Positions 19,375 through 29,733 of a DNA stretch of 56,926 nucleotides are shown here, piece after piece. The notes under the pieces were generated by a model. It had not been told where the DNA came from. It searched no databases and worked only from the letters and a program-made list of their open reading frames with translations. The position numbers were made by a program, and so were the translations under genes. Source of the DNA: an uncultured Devosia sp. (GTDB taxonomy: Bacteria; Pseudomonadota; Alphaproteobacteria; Rhizobiales; Devosiaceae); assembly GCA_965650055.1 (NCBI GenBank), contig CBFGMY010000001.1, positions 1 to 56,926 on the forward strand, read 5' to 3'. Position 1 is the stretch's first letter, and each line of letters begins with the position of its first letter.

Positions 19375-20433
19375 ATGGAAGCCAGGGCGCGAGGCAGCCG
19401 GACGAGTGCGGCAGCATCATCGCGGGTCTACAAACCACGCCCCGACGGCCTCAGGCTTTCGGTTGGTTTCATCCTCGCCAAGCGCTTCACCCTCTGCGCC
19501 TTTGCCAATTTCGTCGACGTCCTGCGCCTGGCGGCGGACGAGGGCGACCGCAGCCGCCCGATCATGTGCGGCTGGACCGTATTGTCCGACACGATGAGCG
19601 CCGTTCCGTCCAGCAGCGGCATCACCGTCCACCCCAACGAACGCCTCGGCGACCCGACGAAGTTCGACTACATCGTCGTCATCGGCGGCGTGATGGACGA
19701 CATGTCGGGCCTTGGCTCGGAATACACCGCCTATCTCGAAAAAGCCGCGGCCGCGGGCGTTCCGCTGGTCGGCGTCTGCACGGGCGGCTTCCTGCTGCAC
19801 AAAGCCGGGCTGATGGACGGCTATCGGTGCTGCGTCAGCTGGTTTCACCATGCCGATTTCCTTGAGCAGTTCGATGGGCTGGACCCGGTTTCCGACCAGA
19901 TCTTCATCGACGACGGCGACCGCCTGACCTGCTCCGGTGGAGCGAGTTCGGCGCATCTGGCGGCCTATCTGGTGGAAAAGCATGTCGGCCGCGCCCAGGC
20001 CAGCAAGAGCCTCCACATCATGATCATCGACGACGCCATGCGGCCCGAAAAGCCGCAGCCTGGCGTGTCGATGGACATTTCCACCCGCGACCCGATGGTG
20101 ATGCGGGCCCTTTTGCTGATGCAGCAGAACATCGACAATCCGCTATCTGTTTCGGAACTGGCCCGTCGCATGGGACACAGCAAACGCCAGCTCGAGCGGC
20201 ATTTCCGGGCGGCTTTGGGCGCGTCGCCGCAGGCGGCCTTCCTGCAGATCAGGTTGACCTTCGCCAAGCATCTCATTGAAACAACCGATAAATCCGTGGC
20301 TGCGGTCGCGGTGGAATGCGGCTTCTGCGATTCGTCGCATCTGAGCCGCATGTTCCGGCAGCGCTTCAACAATACGCCGCACGAAATCCGCAAGCAGACA
20401 TCGACCACCATCGCCGTGCCCGAGGCCGCGTAG
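19375..20433 (+). CDS. GlxA/GbdR-family AraC regulator (DJ-1 domain + HTH)
   Basis: FTLCAFANFVDVLRLA, GVCTG, C-terminal RQLERHF and CGFCDSSHLSRMF. Confidence 0.9.
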   Translation: MEARARGSRTSAAASSRVYKPRPDGLRLSVGFILAKRFTLCAFANFVDVLRLAADEGDRSRPIMCGWTVLSDTMSAVPSSSGITVHPNERLGDPTKFDYIVVIGGVMDDMSGLGSEYTAYLEKAAAAGVPLVGVCTGGFLLHKAGLMDGYRCCVSWFHHADFLEQFDGLDPVSDQIFIDDGDRLTCSGGASSAHLAAYLVEKHVGRAQASKSLHIMIIDDAMRPEKPQPGVSMDISTRDPMVMRALLLMQQNIDNPLSVSELARRMGHSKRQLERHFRAALGASPQAAFLQIRLTFAKHLIETTDKSVAAVAVECGFCDSSHLSRMFRQRFNNTPHEIRKQTSTTIAVPEAA

Positions 20434-20500
20434 CTGTCGCATTTGTTCGGCAGGCTCAAACATGGGTTCGCCGTCAGCTTTGGCGTTTTTGTGCGATCCG

Positions 20501-20543
20501 TTTGACGCAAACATTCTGTGCTGCGGCCGATAATGTCGCAATG
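20501..20543 (+). promoter_or_regulatory. conserved regulatory element upstream of soxB (copy 2)
   Basis: TTTGACGCAAACATTCTGTGCTGCGGCCGATAATGTCGCAATG, matches the etfB upstream element. Confidence 0.7.
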
Positions 20544-20574
20544 ATACCTCAACACTAGTCGTTCGAGGTAGGCG

Positions 20575-21828
20575 ATGACCCGCTTTTCGTTTCCGTCACT
20601 GCTCGGCAATGCCCTGACGGGTCACAAGAACTGGCAGCCGCAATGGCCGGACGCCCAGCCCAAGGCCGAGTATGACGTCGTCATCGTCGGTGCGGGCGGT
20701 CACGGTCTTGGCGCGGCTTACTACCTCGCCAAGGAACACGGCATCACCAATGTCGCCATCATCGACAAAGGTTGGCTGGGCGGCGGCAATACCGGTCGCA
20801 ACACGACGATCATCCGCTCGAACTATCTCTATGACGAAAGCGCGATGCTCTATGAGCATTCGATGAAGCTCTGGGAAGGGCTGACGCAGGAGCTCAACTA
20901 CAACGTCATGTTCTCGCAGCGCGGCGTGATGATGCTGGCGCACAATGTACACGACGTGCAGAGCTTCAAGCGCCACGTCCATTCCAACCGGCTGAACGGC
21001 ATCGACAACGAATGGCTGACCGCCGAGCAGGCCAAGGAATTCTGCCCGCCCCTGGATATCTCGCCGGGTGCCCGCTACCCCGTTATGGGTGCGGCCCTGC
21101 AGCGCCGCGGCGGCGTGGCTCGCCATGATGCCGTGGCCTGGGGCTATGCCCGCGGCGCCGCTGCGCGCGGCGTCGACATCATCCAGAACTGCCCCGTCAC
21201 CGCCATCCGCCGCGATGCGTCGGGCAAGGTCATCGGCGTTGAAACCGCCCGTGGCTTCATCAAGGCCAAGAAAGTCGCCGTCTCCGCCGCCGGTCATACC
21301 TCGGTGGTGATGGAGTCAGCCGGCGTGCGGCTGCCGCTCGAAAGCTATCCGCTGCAGGCGCTGGTCTCCGAGCCGGTCAAGCCGATCTTCCCCTGCGTGG
21401 TCATGTCGAACACCGTCCACGCCTATATTTCACAGTCGGACAAGGGCGAACTGGTCATCGGCTCGGGCACCGACCAATACGTGTCCTACAGCCAGCGCGG
21501 CGGCCTGCCGCTCATCGAGCATACTGTCGCCGCGATCTGCGAAATCTTCCCGATCTTCACCCGCATGCGCATGCTGCGCAAATGGGGCGGCATCGTCGAC
21601 GTGACCCCCGACCGCTCGCCGATCCTCGGCAAGACGCCGGTTCCCGGGCTCTACGTCAACTGTGGCTGGGGCACCGGCGGCTTCAAGGCGACGCCCGGTT
21701 CGGCCAACGTTTTCGCCCACACCATCGCGCGCGACGAGCCGCACCCGATCAACGCACCATTCAGGCTGGAGCGGTTCACCACCGGCCGGCTGATCGACGA
21801 AGCTGCCGCCGCAGCCGTCGCGCACTAA
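20575..21828 (+). CDS. soxB: sarcosine oxidase beta subunit
   Basis: [52 protein letters not shown] end. Confidence 0.95.
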   Translation: MTRFSFPSLLGNALTGHKNWQPQWPDAQPKAEYDVVIVGAGGHGLGAAYYLAKEHGITNVAIIDKGWLGGGNTGRNTTIIRSNYLYDESAMLYEHSMKLWEGLTQELNYNVMFSQRGVMMLAHNVHDVQSFKRHVHSNRLNGIDNEWLTAEQAKEFCPPLDISPGARYPVMGAALQRRGGVARHDAVAWGYARGAAARGVDIIQNCPVTAIRRDASGKVIGVETARGFIKAKKVAVSAAGHTSVVMESAGVRLPLESYPLQALVSEPVKPIFPCVVMSNTVHAYISQSDKGELVIGSGTDQYVSYSQRGGLPLIEHTVAAICEIFPIFTRMRMLRKWGGIVDVTPDRSPILGKTPVPGLYVNCGWGTGGFKATPGSANVFAHTIARDEPHPINAPFRLERFTTGRLIDEAAAAAVAH

Positions 21829-21838
21829 GGGGACCGCC

Positions 21839-22138
21839 ATGCTTCTCATCCGCTGCCCCTATTGCAATGCCGAGCGCCCAGAGGCCGAATTCACCTATGG
21901 CGGCCAGGCGCATATTGCTCGTCCGCAGGACCCGTCGACCTTCACCGACGAGCAATGGCGCGACCACTTGTTCATTCGCGCCAACCCGCGCGGCATCCAT
22001 GCCGAACGCTGGCGCCATATCCATGGCTGCGGCCGCTTCTTCAACGCGGTCCGCGACACGGTCACCGACAAGTTCGTCTTCACCTACAAGGCCGGCCAGC
22101 CGCGCCCGGACCTGACTGCAACCGAGGGGGCTCGCTGA
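21839..22138 (+). CDS. soxD: sarcosine oxidase delta subunit
   Basis: MLLIRCPYC, EFTYGG, ERWRHIHGCGRFFNAVRDT. Confidence 0.93.
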   Translation: MLLIRCPYCNAERPEAEFTYGGQAHIARPQDPSTFTDEQWRDHLFIRANPRGIHAERWRHIHGCGRFFNAVRDTVTDKFVFTYKAGQPRPDLTATEGAR

Positions 22139-25131
22139 TGAGCAACTTCCGCATCCCCGGCGCCGGCCGCGTCAATCACAACAAGCCTGTGCAGTTCACC
22201 TTCAACGGCAAGACCGTTGCCGGCTTCGAGGGCGACACGGTCGCCTCCGCCCTGCTCGCCAGCGGCCAGCATCTGGTCGGTCGGTCGTTCAAGTATCACC
22301 GTCCGCGCGGCGTCCTGTCCGCCGGCTCGGAAGAGCCCAATGCGCTGCTTGGCATCGATCACGGCCCCGCCCGCGTCGAGCCGAATACCCGCGCTACGGT
22401 GATCGAGGTTTCGCAAGGTCTCAAGACCATCAGCCAGAACCACTGGCCATCGCTGGAGTGCGACGTCGGCGCCATCAACGACGTGCTCTACATGCTGTTC
22501 TCGGCCGGCTTCTACTACAAGACCTTCATGTGGCCGAAGTCCTTCTGGAACAAGGTCTACGAGCCGATCATTCGCAGCACCGCGGGCTTGGGCAAGTCAC
22601 CGGTCGAGCCTGATCCGGACACGTATTCGAGCCGCTTTGCCCATTGCGACGTGCTGGTCGTGGGCTCGGGCCCAGCAGGCCTCGCCGCGGCCATTGCCGC
22701 CGGCCGCACCGGCGCCAAGGTGATGCTGGCCGACGAGCAGGCCGAACTGGGCGGCTCGCTGCTGTCTGAAACCGATGCCGGCATCGACGGCAAGACGGGC
22801 TGGGCCTGGCTCAAGGCCAGCGTCGATGAACTGGCCGGGATGGCCAATGTCACCCTCCTGCCCCGCACCACCGCGATCGGCTACTACCACCAGAACTTCG
22901 TCGGCCTCTGCCAGCGCATCACCGACCACCTCGCCTCGGCCCCGCAAGGCACGCCGCGCGAGCGCATGTGGAAGGTCCGCGCCAAGCAGGTCGTGCTCGC
23001 CCAGGGCGCGATCGAAAAGCCGCTGGTGTTCGACGGCAATGATCGCCCCGGCGTCATGCTGGCCAGCGCTGCCCGTACCTATCTCAACCGCTACGGCGTC
23101 AAGGTCGGCAACAATCCTGTTGTCGTGACCTCGCATGACAGCGCCTGGCTGGCCGCCTTCGACCTGGCGCGTGCCGGCGTCAAGGTCGGCGCCATCATCG
23201 ACATCCGCAGCGACGTGCCGGCCGACCTCAAGGCCACGGCAACGGGCTTGGGCATCGACGTGCTGGCCGGCTGGACCGTGACCGGAACCAAGGGTCGCCT
23301 CCGCGTATCTTCGGTTCGCGCCAAGCCGATCAATGGCAGCTCAGGCCAGGCGCGCGAGTTCGCCTGCGACGCCCTGCTGATGAGCGGCGGCTGGAACCCC
23401 AGCCTGCACCTGTTCTCCCATACCCAGGGCAAACTCGAATGGCGCGAGGACGGCCAGGTCTTCCTGCCGTCCAAGCATGTCGAGCAAAGCCGCTGCGCGG
23501 GCGCGGGTAACGGTGACTTCGGCCTCGCCACGGCGCTTTCCGAAGGCACCGCGGCTGGTCTCGCCGCAGCAGCGGATGCGGGCTTTACCGGCACAGCGCC
23601 GGCCTACGCCGTCACCGGCGAGGTCGCCCTCACCGGAACGTCGAGCCGCGAGCTGCCGACCGACAAGAACACGTCCACTGCCAAGGCCTTCGTCGACTTC
23701 CAGAACGACGTCACCGCCAAGGATATCCGCCTGGCCGTGCGCGAGGGCTTCCGTTCGATCGAGCACGTCAAGCGCTACACCACCAACGGCATGGCGACCG
23801 ATCAGGGCAAGACATCCAACATCAATGGCCTGGTCATCGCCGCCGATGCCGTGCAGAAGCCCGCCCCGCAGGTTGGTCTCACCACCTTCCGCCCGCCTTA
23901 CACGCCGACCACCTTAGGCGCCTTTGCAGGCTACAATCGCGGTCGGCTGTTCGACGTGACCCGCAAGACGTCCATCGATAGCTGGGCCGAGGAACAGGGC
24001 GCGGTTTTCGAGCCGGTCGCGCTGTGGCGGCGCGCCTGGTACTTCCCCAAGCCGGGTGAGGACATGCATGCCGCCGTGGCCCGCGAATGCAAGGCGACGC
24101 GTGACTCGCTGGGCATTTTCGACGCCTCCACCCTGGGCAAGATCGAGATCGTCGGCCCCGACGCCGCCGAATTCCTCAATCGCATGTACACCAACCCGTG
24201 GAGCAAGCTGCAGCCCGGCCGGACCCGCTATGGCGTTCTGCTGGGCGAAGACGGCTTCATCCGCGACGACGGTGTCATCGGCCGCCTGACGACCGACCGC
24301 TTCCATGTGACCACCACGACCGGCGGCGCTGCCCGCGTGCTCAACATGATGGAGGATTACCTCCAGACCGAGTTCCCCGAACTCAAGGTCTGGCTGACCT
24401 CCACCACCGAGCAGTGGTCGGTCATCGCCGTCAATGGCCCCAATGCCCGTAACCTCCTGGCACCATTGATCGAAGGCATCGACCTGTCCGAGGAAGCGTT
24501 CCCGCATATGTCGATCGCCGAGGGCAAGATCGCGGGTGTGCCGACGCGCCTGTTCCGCATGAGCTTCACCGGCGAGCGGGGCTACGAAGTCAACGTGCCG
24601 GCCCGTTATGGCCGTGCCATCTGGGAAAAGCTCATCGAGGCCGGCCAGCAGTACGGCGTCACGCCATATGGCACCGAGACCATGCACGTGCTCCGCGCCG
24701 AGAAGGGCTACATCATCGTCGGCCAGGATACCGACGGGACGCTGACGCCAGACGATGCCGGCCTCGGCTGGGCGATCGGCAAGGCCAAGCCCGACTTCGT
24801 CGGCAAGCGCTCGCTGAGCCGCCCCGACATGCTCAAGACTGATCGCAAGCAACTCGTCGGGCTGCTGACCGAAGACCCCAAGACCATCTTGGAAGAAGGG
24901 GCGCAGATCGTGCTCGATCCGAACCAGCCGGTCCCCATGAAGATGGTCGGTCACGTCACCTCGTCCTATTGGAGCGTCGCGCTAAACCGGTCGATCGCCC
25001 TGGCGGTGGTCGAAGGCGGCAATGGCCGCATGGGCGAGACCGTGCACATCCCGATGCCCTCAGGCACGCTGCGCGCCCAGGTCACCGGCACGGTGTTCTT
25101 CGACCCCGAAAACAAGCGTTTGAGCGCGTAA
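22138..25131 (+). CDS. soxA: sarcosine oxidase alpha subunit
   Basis: GDTVASALLA, RSFKYHRPRG, KRYTTNGMATDQGK, GcvT domain; start placed at ATG 22138 (TGATG overlap with soxD). Confidence 0.95.
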   Translation: MSNFRIPGAGRVNHNKPVQFTFNGKTVAGFEGDTVASALLASGQHLVGRSFKYHRPRGVLSAGSEEPNALLGIDHGPARVEPNTRATVIEVSQGLKTISQNHWPSLECDVGAINDVLYMLFSAGFYYKTFMWPKSFWNKVYEPIIRSTAGLGKSPVEPDPDTYSSRFAHCDVLVVGSGPAGLAAAIAAGRTGAKVMLADEQAELGGSLLSETDAGIDGKTGWAWLKASVDELAGMANVTLLPRTTAIGYYHQNFVGLCQRITDHLASAPQGTPRERMWKVRAKQVVLAQGAIEKPLVFDGNDRPGVMLASAARTYLNRYGVKVGNNPVVVTSHDSAWLAAFDLARAGVKVGAIIDIRSDVPADLKATATGLGIDVLAGWTVTGTKGRLRVSSVRAKPINGSSGQAREFACDALLMSGGWNPSLHLFSHTQGKLEWREDGQVFLPSKHVEQSRCAGAGNGDFGLATALSEGTAAGLAAAADAGFTGTAPAYAVTGEVALTGTSSRELPTDKNTSTAKAFVDFQNDVTAKDIRLAVREGFRSIEHVKRYTTNGMATDQGKTSNINGLVIAADAVQKPAPQVGLTTFRPPYTPTTLGAFAGYNRGRLFDVTRKTSIDSWAEEQGAVFEPVALWRRAWYFPKPGEDMHAAVARECKATRDSLGIFDASTLGKIEIVGPDAAEFLNRMYTNPWSKLQPGRTRYGVLLGEDGFIRDDGVIGRLTTDRFHVTTTTGGAARVLNMMEDYLQTEFPELKVWLTSTTEQWSVIAVNGPNARNLLAPLIEGIDLSEEAFPHMSIAEGKIAGVPTRLFRMSFTGERGYEVNVPARYGRAIWEKLIEAGQQYGVTPYGTETMHVLRAEKGYIIVGQDTDGTLTPDDAGLGWAIGKAKPDFVGKRSLSRPDMLKTDRKQLVGLLTEDPKTILEEGAQIVLDPNQPVPMKMVGHVTSSYWSVALNRSIALAVVEGGNGRMGETVHIPMPSGTLRAQVTGTVFFDPENKRLSA

Positions 25132-25138
25132 GGAGCAT

Positions 25139-25696
25139 ATGATGCAAGAACATCATCCTCTGGTTGGCCGCCAACTGGCCGCCGCGAATGCTCCGGTCAG
25201 CATCCGTTCGGTGGAAAACGCCGCACGCTTCAACCTGCGCATCGATCCCGCCAACCTTGCGGCCGCATCGGCCGTATGGGGTGCCGACCTGCCCGCGACC
25301 ATCGGGGGGCTGGTCTCGACCGGGGGGCGTCTCGCCGCCTGCATCGGTCCGGACGAATGGTTCCTGATCGCCCCACTGGCCGACCGCGACGCCATCGAAT
25401 CCGGTTTCGCTCAGCTCTATGCCACGACGATCCACAGCCTGGTCGATATCGGCCATCGCGAAGTCGGCATCGCTGTCGAGGGTCCGGCCGCGGCCGACGC
25501 GCTGCAGTCGAGCATTGCCTTCGAAGTCGGCGCCATGGCTGTGGGCGAAGCCCGCCGCACCATTATCGACCGGGTCCAGATCATCCTGTTGCGCGAAGCC
25601 GAAACCCGCTTCCGCATCGAGGTCTGGCACTCGTTCTCCGATCACGTCTGGCACCTGCTTGCCGGCATCTGTCGCGAATACGAATTGGGCGTCTAG
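25139..25696 (+). CDS. soxG: sarcosine oxidase gamma subunit
   Basis: [24 protein letters not shown]; follows soxA. Confidence 0.85.
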   Translation: MMQEHHPLVGRQLAAANAPVSIRSVENAARFNLRIDPANLAAASAVWGADLPATIGGLVSTGGRLAACIGPDEWFLIAPLADRDAIESGFAQLYATTIHSLVDIGHREVGIAVEGPAAADALQSSIAFEVGAMAVGEARRTIIDRVQIILLREAETRFRIEVWHSFSDHVWHLLAGICREYELGV

Positions 25697-25716
25697 CGCC
25701 CACAGGGGAGGATACA

Positions 25717-26985
25717 ATGCTTCACACCAAGACGCCGGGCGGCCTGACCGATCTCGCCATTGCCGCTTCTATCGACCGTGAGCTGGGCCGCCAGCAGAAC
25801 CAGATCGAGCTGATCGCTTCGGAAAACATCGTTTCCCGCAATGTGCTGCTGGCACAGGGTTCGGTGCTGACCAACAAGTATGCCGAGGGTTATCCGGGCA
25901 AGCGCTACTATGGCGGTTGCGAATTCGTCGACGAGGTCGAGACGATCGCCATCGAGCGGGCCAAGGAATTGTTCGGCGCCGACTATGCCAACGTCCAGCC
26001 GCATTCGGGCGCCCAGGCCAACCAGGCCGTGTACTTCGCCCTGCTCCAGCCGGGCGACCGCATCATGGGCATGTCGCTGGCCCATGGTGGCCACCTGACC
26101 CACGGCTCGCCCGTCACCATGTCGGGCAAGTGGTTCGAGGTGTCGAGCTACCAGGTGCGCGAAGACAACCAGTTGATCGACTATGATCAGGTCCGTGCCG
26201 TGGCGCTCGAAACGCGGCCCAAGCTGATCGTGGCCGGCGCTTCGGCCTATCCGCGCGTCATCGACTTCGCCTTCTTCCGCAAGGTGGCGGACGAAGTGGG
26301 CGCCTATCTCATGGTCGACATGGCCCACTATGCCGGCCTCGTCGCAGCAGGCGTTTATCCCGACCCGATGCCGCATGCCCATGTGGTCACGACCACAACG
26401 CACAAGACCTTGCGCGGTCCGCGCGGCGGCATGATCCTCACCAATGACGAGGCACTGGCCAAGAAGTTCAACTCGGCCGTGTTCCCCGGCAATCAGGGCG
26501 GCCCGCTGATGCATGTCATCGCCGCCAAGGCGGTGGCCTTCGGCGAGGCGCTCGAGCCGAGCTTCAAGATCTACGCCCAGGACGTCGTCGCCAATGCCCA
26601 GACTCTTGCCGAGACCCTAATCGCCGGTGGGCTCAACATCGTCTCGGGCGGAACCGACAGCCACATGGTCCTCGTCGACCTCCGCCCCAAGGGCGTCAAG
26701 GGCCGCGATGCCGAGCATGCGCTCGAACGCGCCGGGTTGACCTGCAACAAGAACGCTATCCCGTTCGATCCGGAAAAGCCGGCTGTCACTTCGGGCGTCC
26801 GTCTCGGCACTTCGGCAGGGACGACGCGCGGCTTCGGCCAGGCCGAGTTCAAGCGCGTGGGCGAGCTGATCCTCCAGGTCGTTGACGCACTGGCCGTAGC
26901 TGGCCCCGAAGGCGATGCTGCGGTCGAAAAGGCCGTCCTGGCCGAAGTTCAGGACATCTGCGTCCGCTTCCCGATCTATCAGTAA
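25717..26985 (+). CDS. glyA: serine hydroxymethyltransferase
   Basis: [46 protein letters not shown] before ATG 25717. Confidence 0.96.
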   Translation: MLHTKTPGGLTDLAIAASIDRELGRQQNQIELIASENIVSRNVLLAQGSVLTNKYAEGYPGKRYYGGCEFVDEVETIAIERAKELFGADYANVQPHSGAQANQAVYFALLQPGDRIMGMSLAHGGHLTHGSPVTMSGKWFEVSSYQVREDNQLIDYDQVRAVALETRPKLIVAGASAYPRVIDFAFFRKVADEVGAYLMVDMAHYAGLVAAGVYPDPMPHAHVVTTTTHKTLRGPRGGMILTNDEALAKKFNSAVFPGNQGGPLMHVIAAKAVAFGEALEPSFKIYAQDVVANAQTLAETLIAGGLNIVSGGTDSHMVLVDLRPKGVKGRDAEHALERAGLTCNKNAIPFDPEKPAVTSGVRLGTSAGTTRGFGQAEFKRVGELILQVVDALAVAGPEGDAAVEKAVLAEVQDICVRFPIYQ

Positions 26986-27002
26986 CGACGGCCCTGAATC
27001 CT

Positions 27003-27027
27003 GTCGGGCGCTATCCAGGCGCCCGAC
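27003..27027 (+). terminator. hairpin after glyA
   Basis: GTCGGGCGC...GCGCCCGAC stem; no U tract. Confidence 0.4.
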
Positions 27028-27058
27028 CGCGCTCCCCTAGCAGGCGAGACCCGGTACC

Positions 27059-28444
27059 GTGTTCCTAAGCGTTTTTGACGTCTTCAAAATCGGTATCGGC
27101 CCATCCTCATCGCATACAATGGGGCCCATGACGGCTGCGGCGAGCTTCCTTCACCTGCTCCAGCATTCCCCTTTGGGCCAGCAGGCGGCTGGCGTGCACG
27201 TCAGCCTCCATGGCTCCCTCGCCTTTACCGGAAAGGGTCACGCCACCGACCGCGCCGTTGCCCTGGGCTTGCTCGGCTGGCTTCCCGCCAAGCTCGACAT
27301 CGACAGGGCCGAGCAGCAATTGCGCGACCTCCAGGTCAACCACCTGCTCGAACGCGCCGGCTTGCCGCCCCTGGTCTTCGATCCGGCCAGGCACATCGTT
27401 TTCGACTATGGCCCGCCTTTGCCCGGCCACGCCAACGGCCTGATCTTCGCAGCGCTTGATGCCAAGGGCGAAACGCTGCTGAGCGAGACCTACTATTCCA
27501 TCGGCGGCGGCTTCGTCGTTACGGCAGCGGAGCGCGAACAGCCCAAAGCCAGCGCGACCAACGGCGATATCAGCTGGCCCTATCCGTTCAAGAACGCTGC
27601 CAGCATGCTCACGATGGCTCAAGACAGCGGCCTCTCCATCGCCAGCATGAAGCGCGAGAACGAAGCCCAGCTGCGCAGCCATGCCGATGTGGAAGCCGAT
27701 GTGGCCAATATCTGGTCGGTCATGAATGGCTGCATCGAGCGGGGACTGTCGCTTGATGGCGAACTGCCCGGCGGCCTCAAAGTCAAACGCCGCGCGCGGC
27801 GCATTCATCAGCAGCTGCAGGCCGAAAAGCTCACCAATTCCAGCCAGCCACATGCCGCCTCCGACTGGCTCAGCGTCTACGCCATGGCCGTCAACGAGGA
27901 AAATGCGGCCGGTGGCCAGGTCGTTACCTCCCCCACCAACGGCGCAGCCGGCGTCGTGCCTTCGGTGCTGCGCTACTATCTCGACCATTGCCACGGCGCC
28001 GATCCGGCCAAGGTCGCGGATTTCCTGCTGACCGCCGCCGCCATCGGTGGCCTGATCAAGCACAATGCCTCCATCTCGGGCGCCGAGGCCGGATGCCAGG
28101 GCGAAGTGGGTTCGGCTGCCGCCATGGCCGCGGCCGGTCTCTGTGCCGTGCTGGGCGGTACGCCCGAGCAGGTCGAGAACGCCGCCGAAATCGCGCTCGA
28201 GCATCATCTGGGCATGACCTGCGACCCGGTCGCCGGGCTCGTCCAGGTCCCCTGCATCGAACGCAATGGGATCGGCGCCACCAAGGCCGTGGCCGCCGCT
28301 TCTCTGGCGCTTCGAGGCGACGGATCGCATTTCATGCCGCTCGACAACTGTATCGAGGCGATGCGCCAGACCGGCGAAGACATGAACACCAAATTCAAGG
28401 AAACCAGTCTGGGAGGACTGGCGGTCAACCTGCCCGAATGCTGA
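27059..28444 (+). CDS. sdaA: L-serine ammonia-lyase (Fe-S)
   Basis: [46 protein letters not shown]. Confidence 0.95.
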   Translation: MFLSVFDVFKIGIGPSSSHTMGPMTAAASFLHLLQHSPLGQQAAGVHVSLHGSLAFTGKGHATDRAVALGLLGWLPAKLDIDRAEQQLRDLQVNHLLERAGLPPLVFDPARHIVFDYGPPLPGHANGLIFAALDAKGETLLSETYYSIGGGFVVTAAEREQPKASATNGDISWPYPFKNAASMLTMAQDSGLSIASMKRENEAQLRSHADVEADVANIWSVMNGCIERGLSLDGELPGGLKVKRRARRIHQQLQAEKLTNSSQPHAASDWLSVYAMAVNEENAAGGQVVTSPTNGAAGVVPSVLRYYLDHCHGADPAKVADFLLTAAAIGGLIKHNASISGAEAGCQGEVGSAAAMAAAGLCAVLGGTPEQVENAAEIALEHHLGMTCDPVAGLVQVPCIERNGIGATKAVAAASLALRGDGSHFMPLDNCIEAMRQTGEDMNTKFKETSLGGLAVNLPEC

Positions 28445-28477
28445 GGCAGCCCATAACCAGAAGCGAGGAGAACGGAC

Positions 28478-29662
28478 ATGAGTAAGAATCGTGGCGTGGT
28501 CTATGTCGGACCCGGCAAGGTCGAAGTGCGTGACATCGAGGATGCCAAGCTGGCGGCGCCAGATGGCCGTCGCATCGAGCATGGCGTCATCCTCAAGGTG
28601 ATCTCGACCAATATCTGCGGTTCCGACCAGCACATGGTTCGCGGTCGCACGACCGCCGAGCCCGGTCTCGTTCTGGGCCATGAAATCACCGGCCAGATCA
28701 TCGAAAAGGGCCGCGACGTCGAAATGCTCGAGGTCGGCGACATCGTGTCGGTGCCGTTCAACGTTGCCTGTGGTCGTTGCGCCTGCTGCAAGTCGCAGGA
28801 CACCGGCGTCTGCCTCACCGTCAATCCATCGCGCGCCGGCGGCGCCTATGGCTATGTCGACATGGGCGGCTGGATCGGCGGCCAGGCCCGTTACGTGACC
28901 GTGCCCTATGCCGATTTCAACCTGCTGAAATTCCCCGATCGCGATCGCGCCATGAGCAAGATCCGCGACCTCACCATGCTGTCCGACATCCTGCCGACCG
29001 GCTTCCACGGCGCGGTCAAGGCCGGTGTCGGCGTCGGCTCGACGGTCTATGTTGCCGGTGCCGGCCCGGTGGGTCTAGCCGCAGCAGCCTCCGCCCGCAT
29101 CCTGGGCGCGGCCGTGGTCATGATCGGCGATTTCAACAAGGACCGTCTCGCGCACGCGGCCAAGATGGGCTTTGAGGCCATCGACCTGTCCAAGAGCGAC
29201 CGCCTCGGCGACATGATCGCCCAGGTCACCGGTTCGGACGAAGTCGACAGCGCCATCGACGCCGTGGGCTTTGAGGCCCGCGGCCATTCCGGCGGCGAGC
29301 AGCCCGCCATCGTGCTCAACCAGATGATGGAAATCACCCGTCCTGCCGGTGCCATCGGCATTCCGGGCCTCTATGTCACCGAAGATCCGGGTGCCGTCGA
29401 CGCTGCTGCCAAGAGTGGCAGCCTGTCGCTGCGTTTCGGCCTGGGCTGGGCCAAGGCACAGTCCTTCCACACCGGCCAGACCCCGGTGCTGAAGTACAAC
29501 CGCCAGCTCATGCAGGCCATCCTGCATGACCGCCTGCCCATCGCCGACATCGTCAATGCGCGCATCATCTCGCTGGACGACGCCGCCCAGGGCTACGAGA
29601 CCTTTGACCAGGGCGCAGCCGTCAAGTTCGTGCTCGATCCGCACGGCGAACTGGCCGCCTAG
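28478..29662 (+). CDS. fdhA: glutathione-independent formaldehyde dehydrogenase
   Basis: STNICGSDQHMVRGRT, GHEITG, CGRCACC, LSDILPTG, RFGLGWAK. Confidence 0.93.
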   Translation: MSKNRGVVYVGPGKVEVRDIEDAKLAAPDGRRIEHGVILKVISTNICGSDQHMVRGRTTAEPGLVLGHEITGQIIEKGRDVEMLEVGDIVSVPFNVACGRCACCKSQDTGVCLTVNPSRAGGAYGYVDMGGWIGGQARYVTVPYADFNLLKFPDRDRAMSKIRDLTMLSDILPTGFHGAVKAGVGVGSTVYVAGAGPVGLAAAASARILGAAVVMIGDFNKDRLAHAAKMGFEAIDLSKSDRLGDMIAQVTGSDEVDSAIDAVGFEARGHSGGEQPAIVLNQMMEITRPAGAIGIPGLYVTEDPGAVDAAAKSGSLSLRFGLGWAKAQSFHTGQTPVLKYNRQLMQAILHDRLPIADIVNARIISLDDAAQGYETFDQGAAVKFVLDPHGELAA

Positions 29663-29683
29663 CGAACAGCCAGACAGCAAACC

Positions 29684-29714
29684 CGCAGCCCCCGGTGCCG
29701 ATATCGGGGGCTGC
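29684..29714 (+). terminator. hairpin after fdhA
   Basis: GCAGCCCCCG...CGGGGGCTGC 10-bp stem. Confidence 0.45.
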
Positions 29715-29733
29715 AGCTCGATTGGAGACCGCC

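Noticed and set aside
21862..22137. N-terminal extension of soxA (likewise for glyA, fdhD, etfB, folD and the SBP)
   Set aside because: These overlap upstream genes or promoters in another frame and lack domain character. The hom extension differs: it overlaps no gene and looks like a folded domain.
25697..25716. Glycine or THF riboswitch near glyA or the folate genes
   Set aside because: Intergenic gaps are too short and no aptamer motif was recognised.
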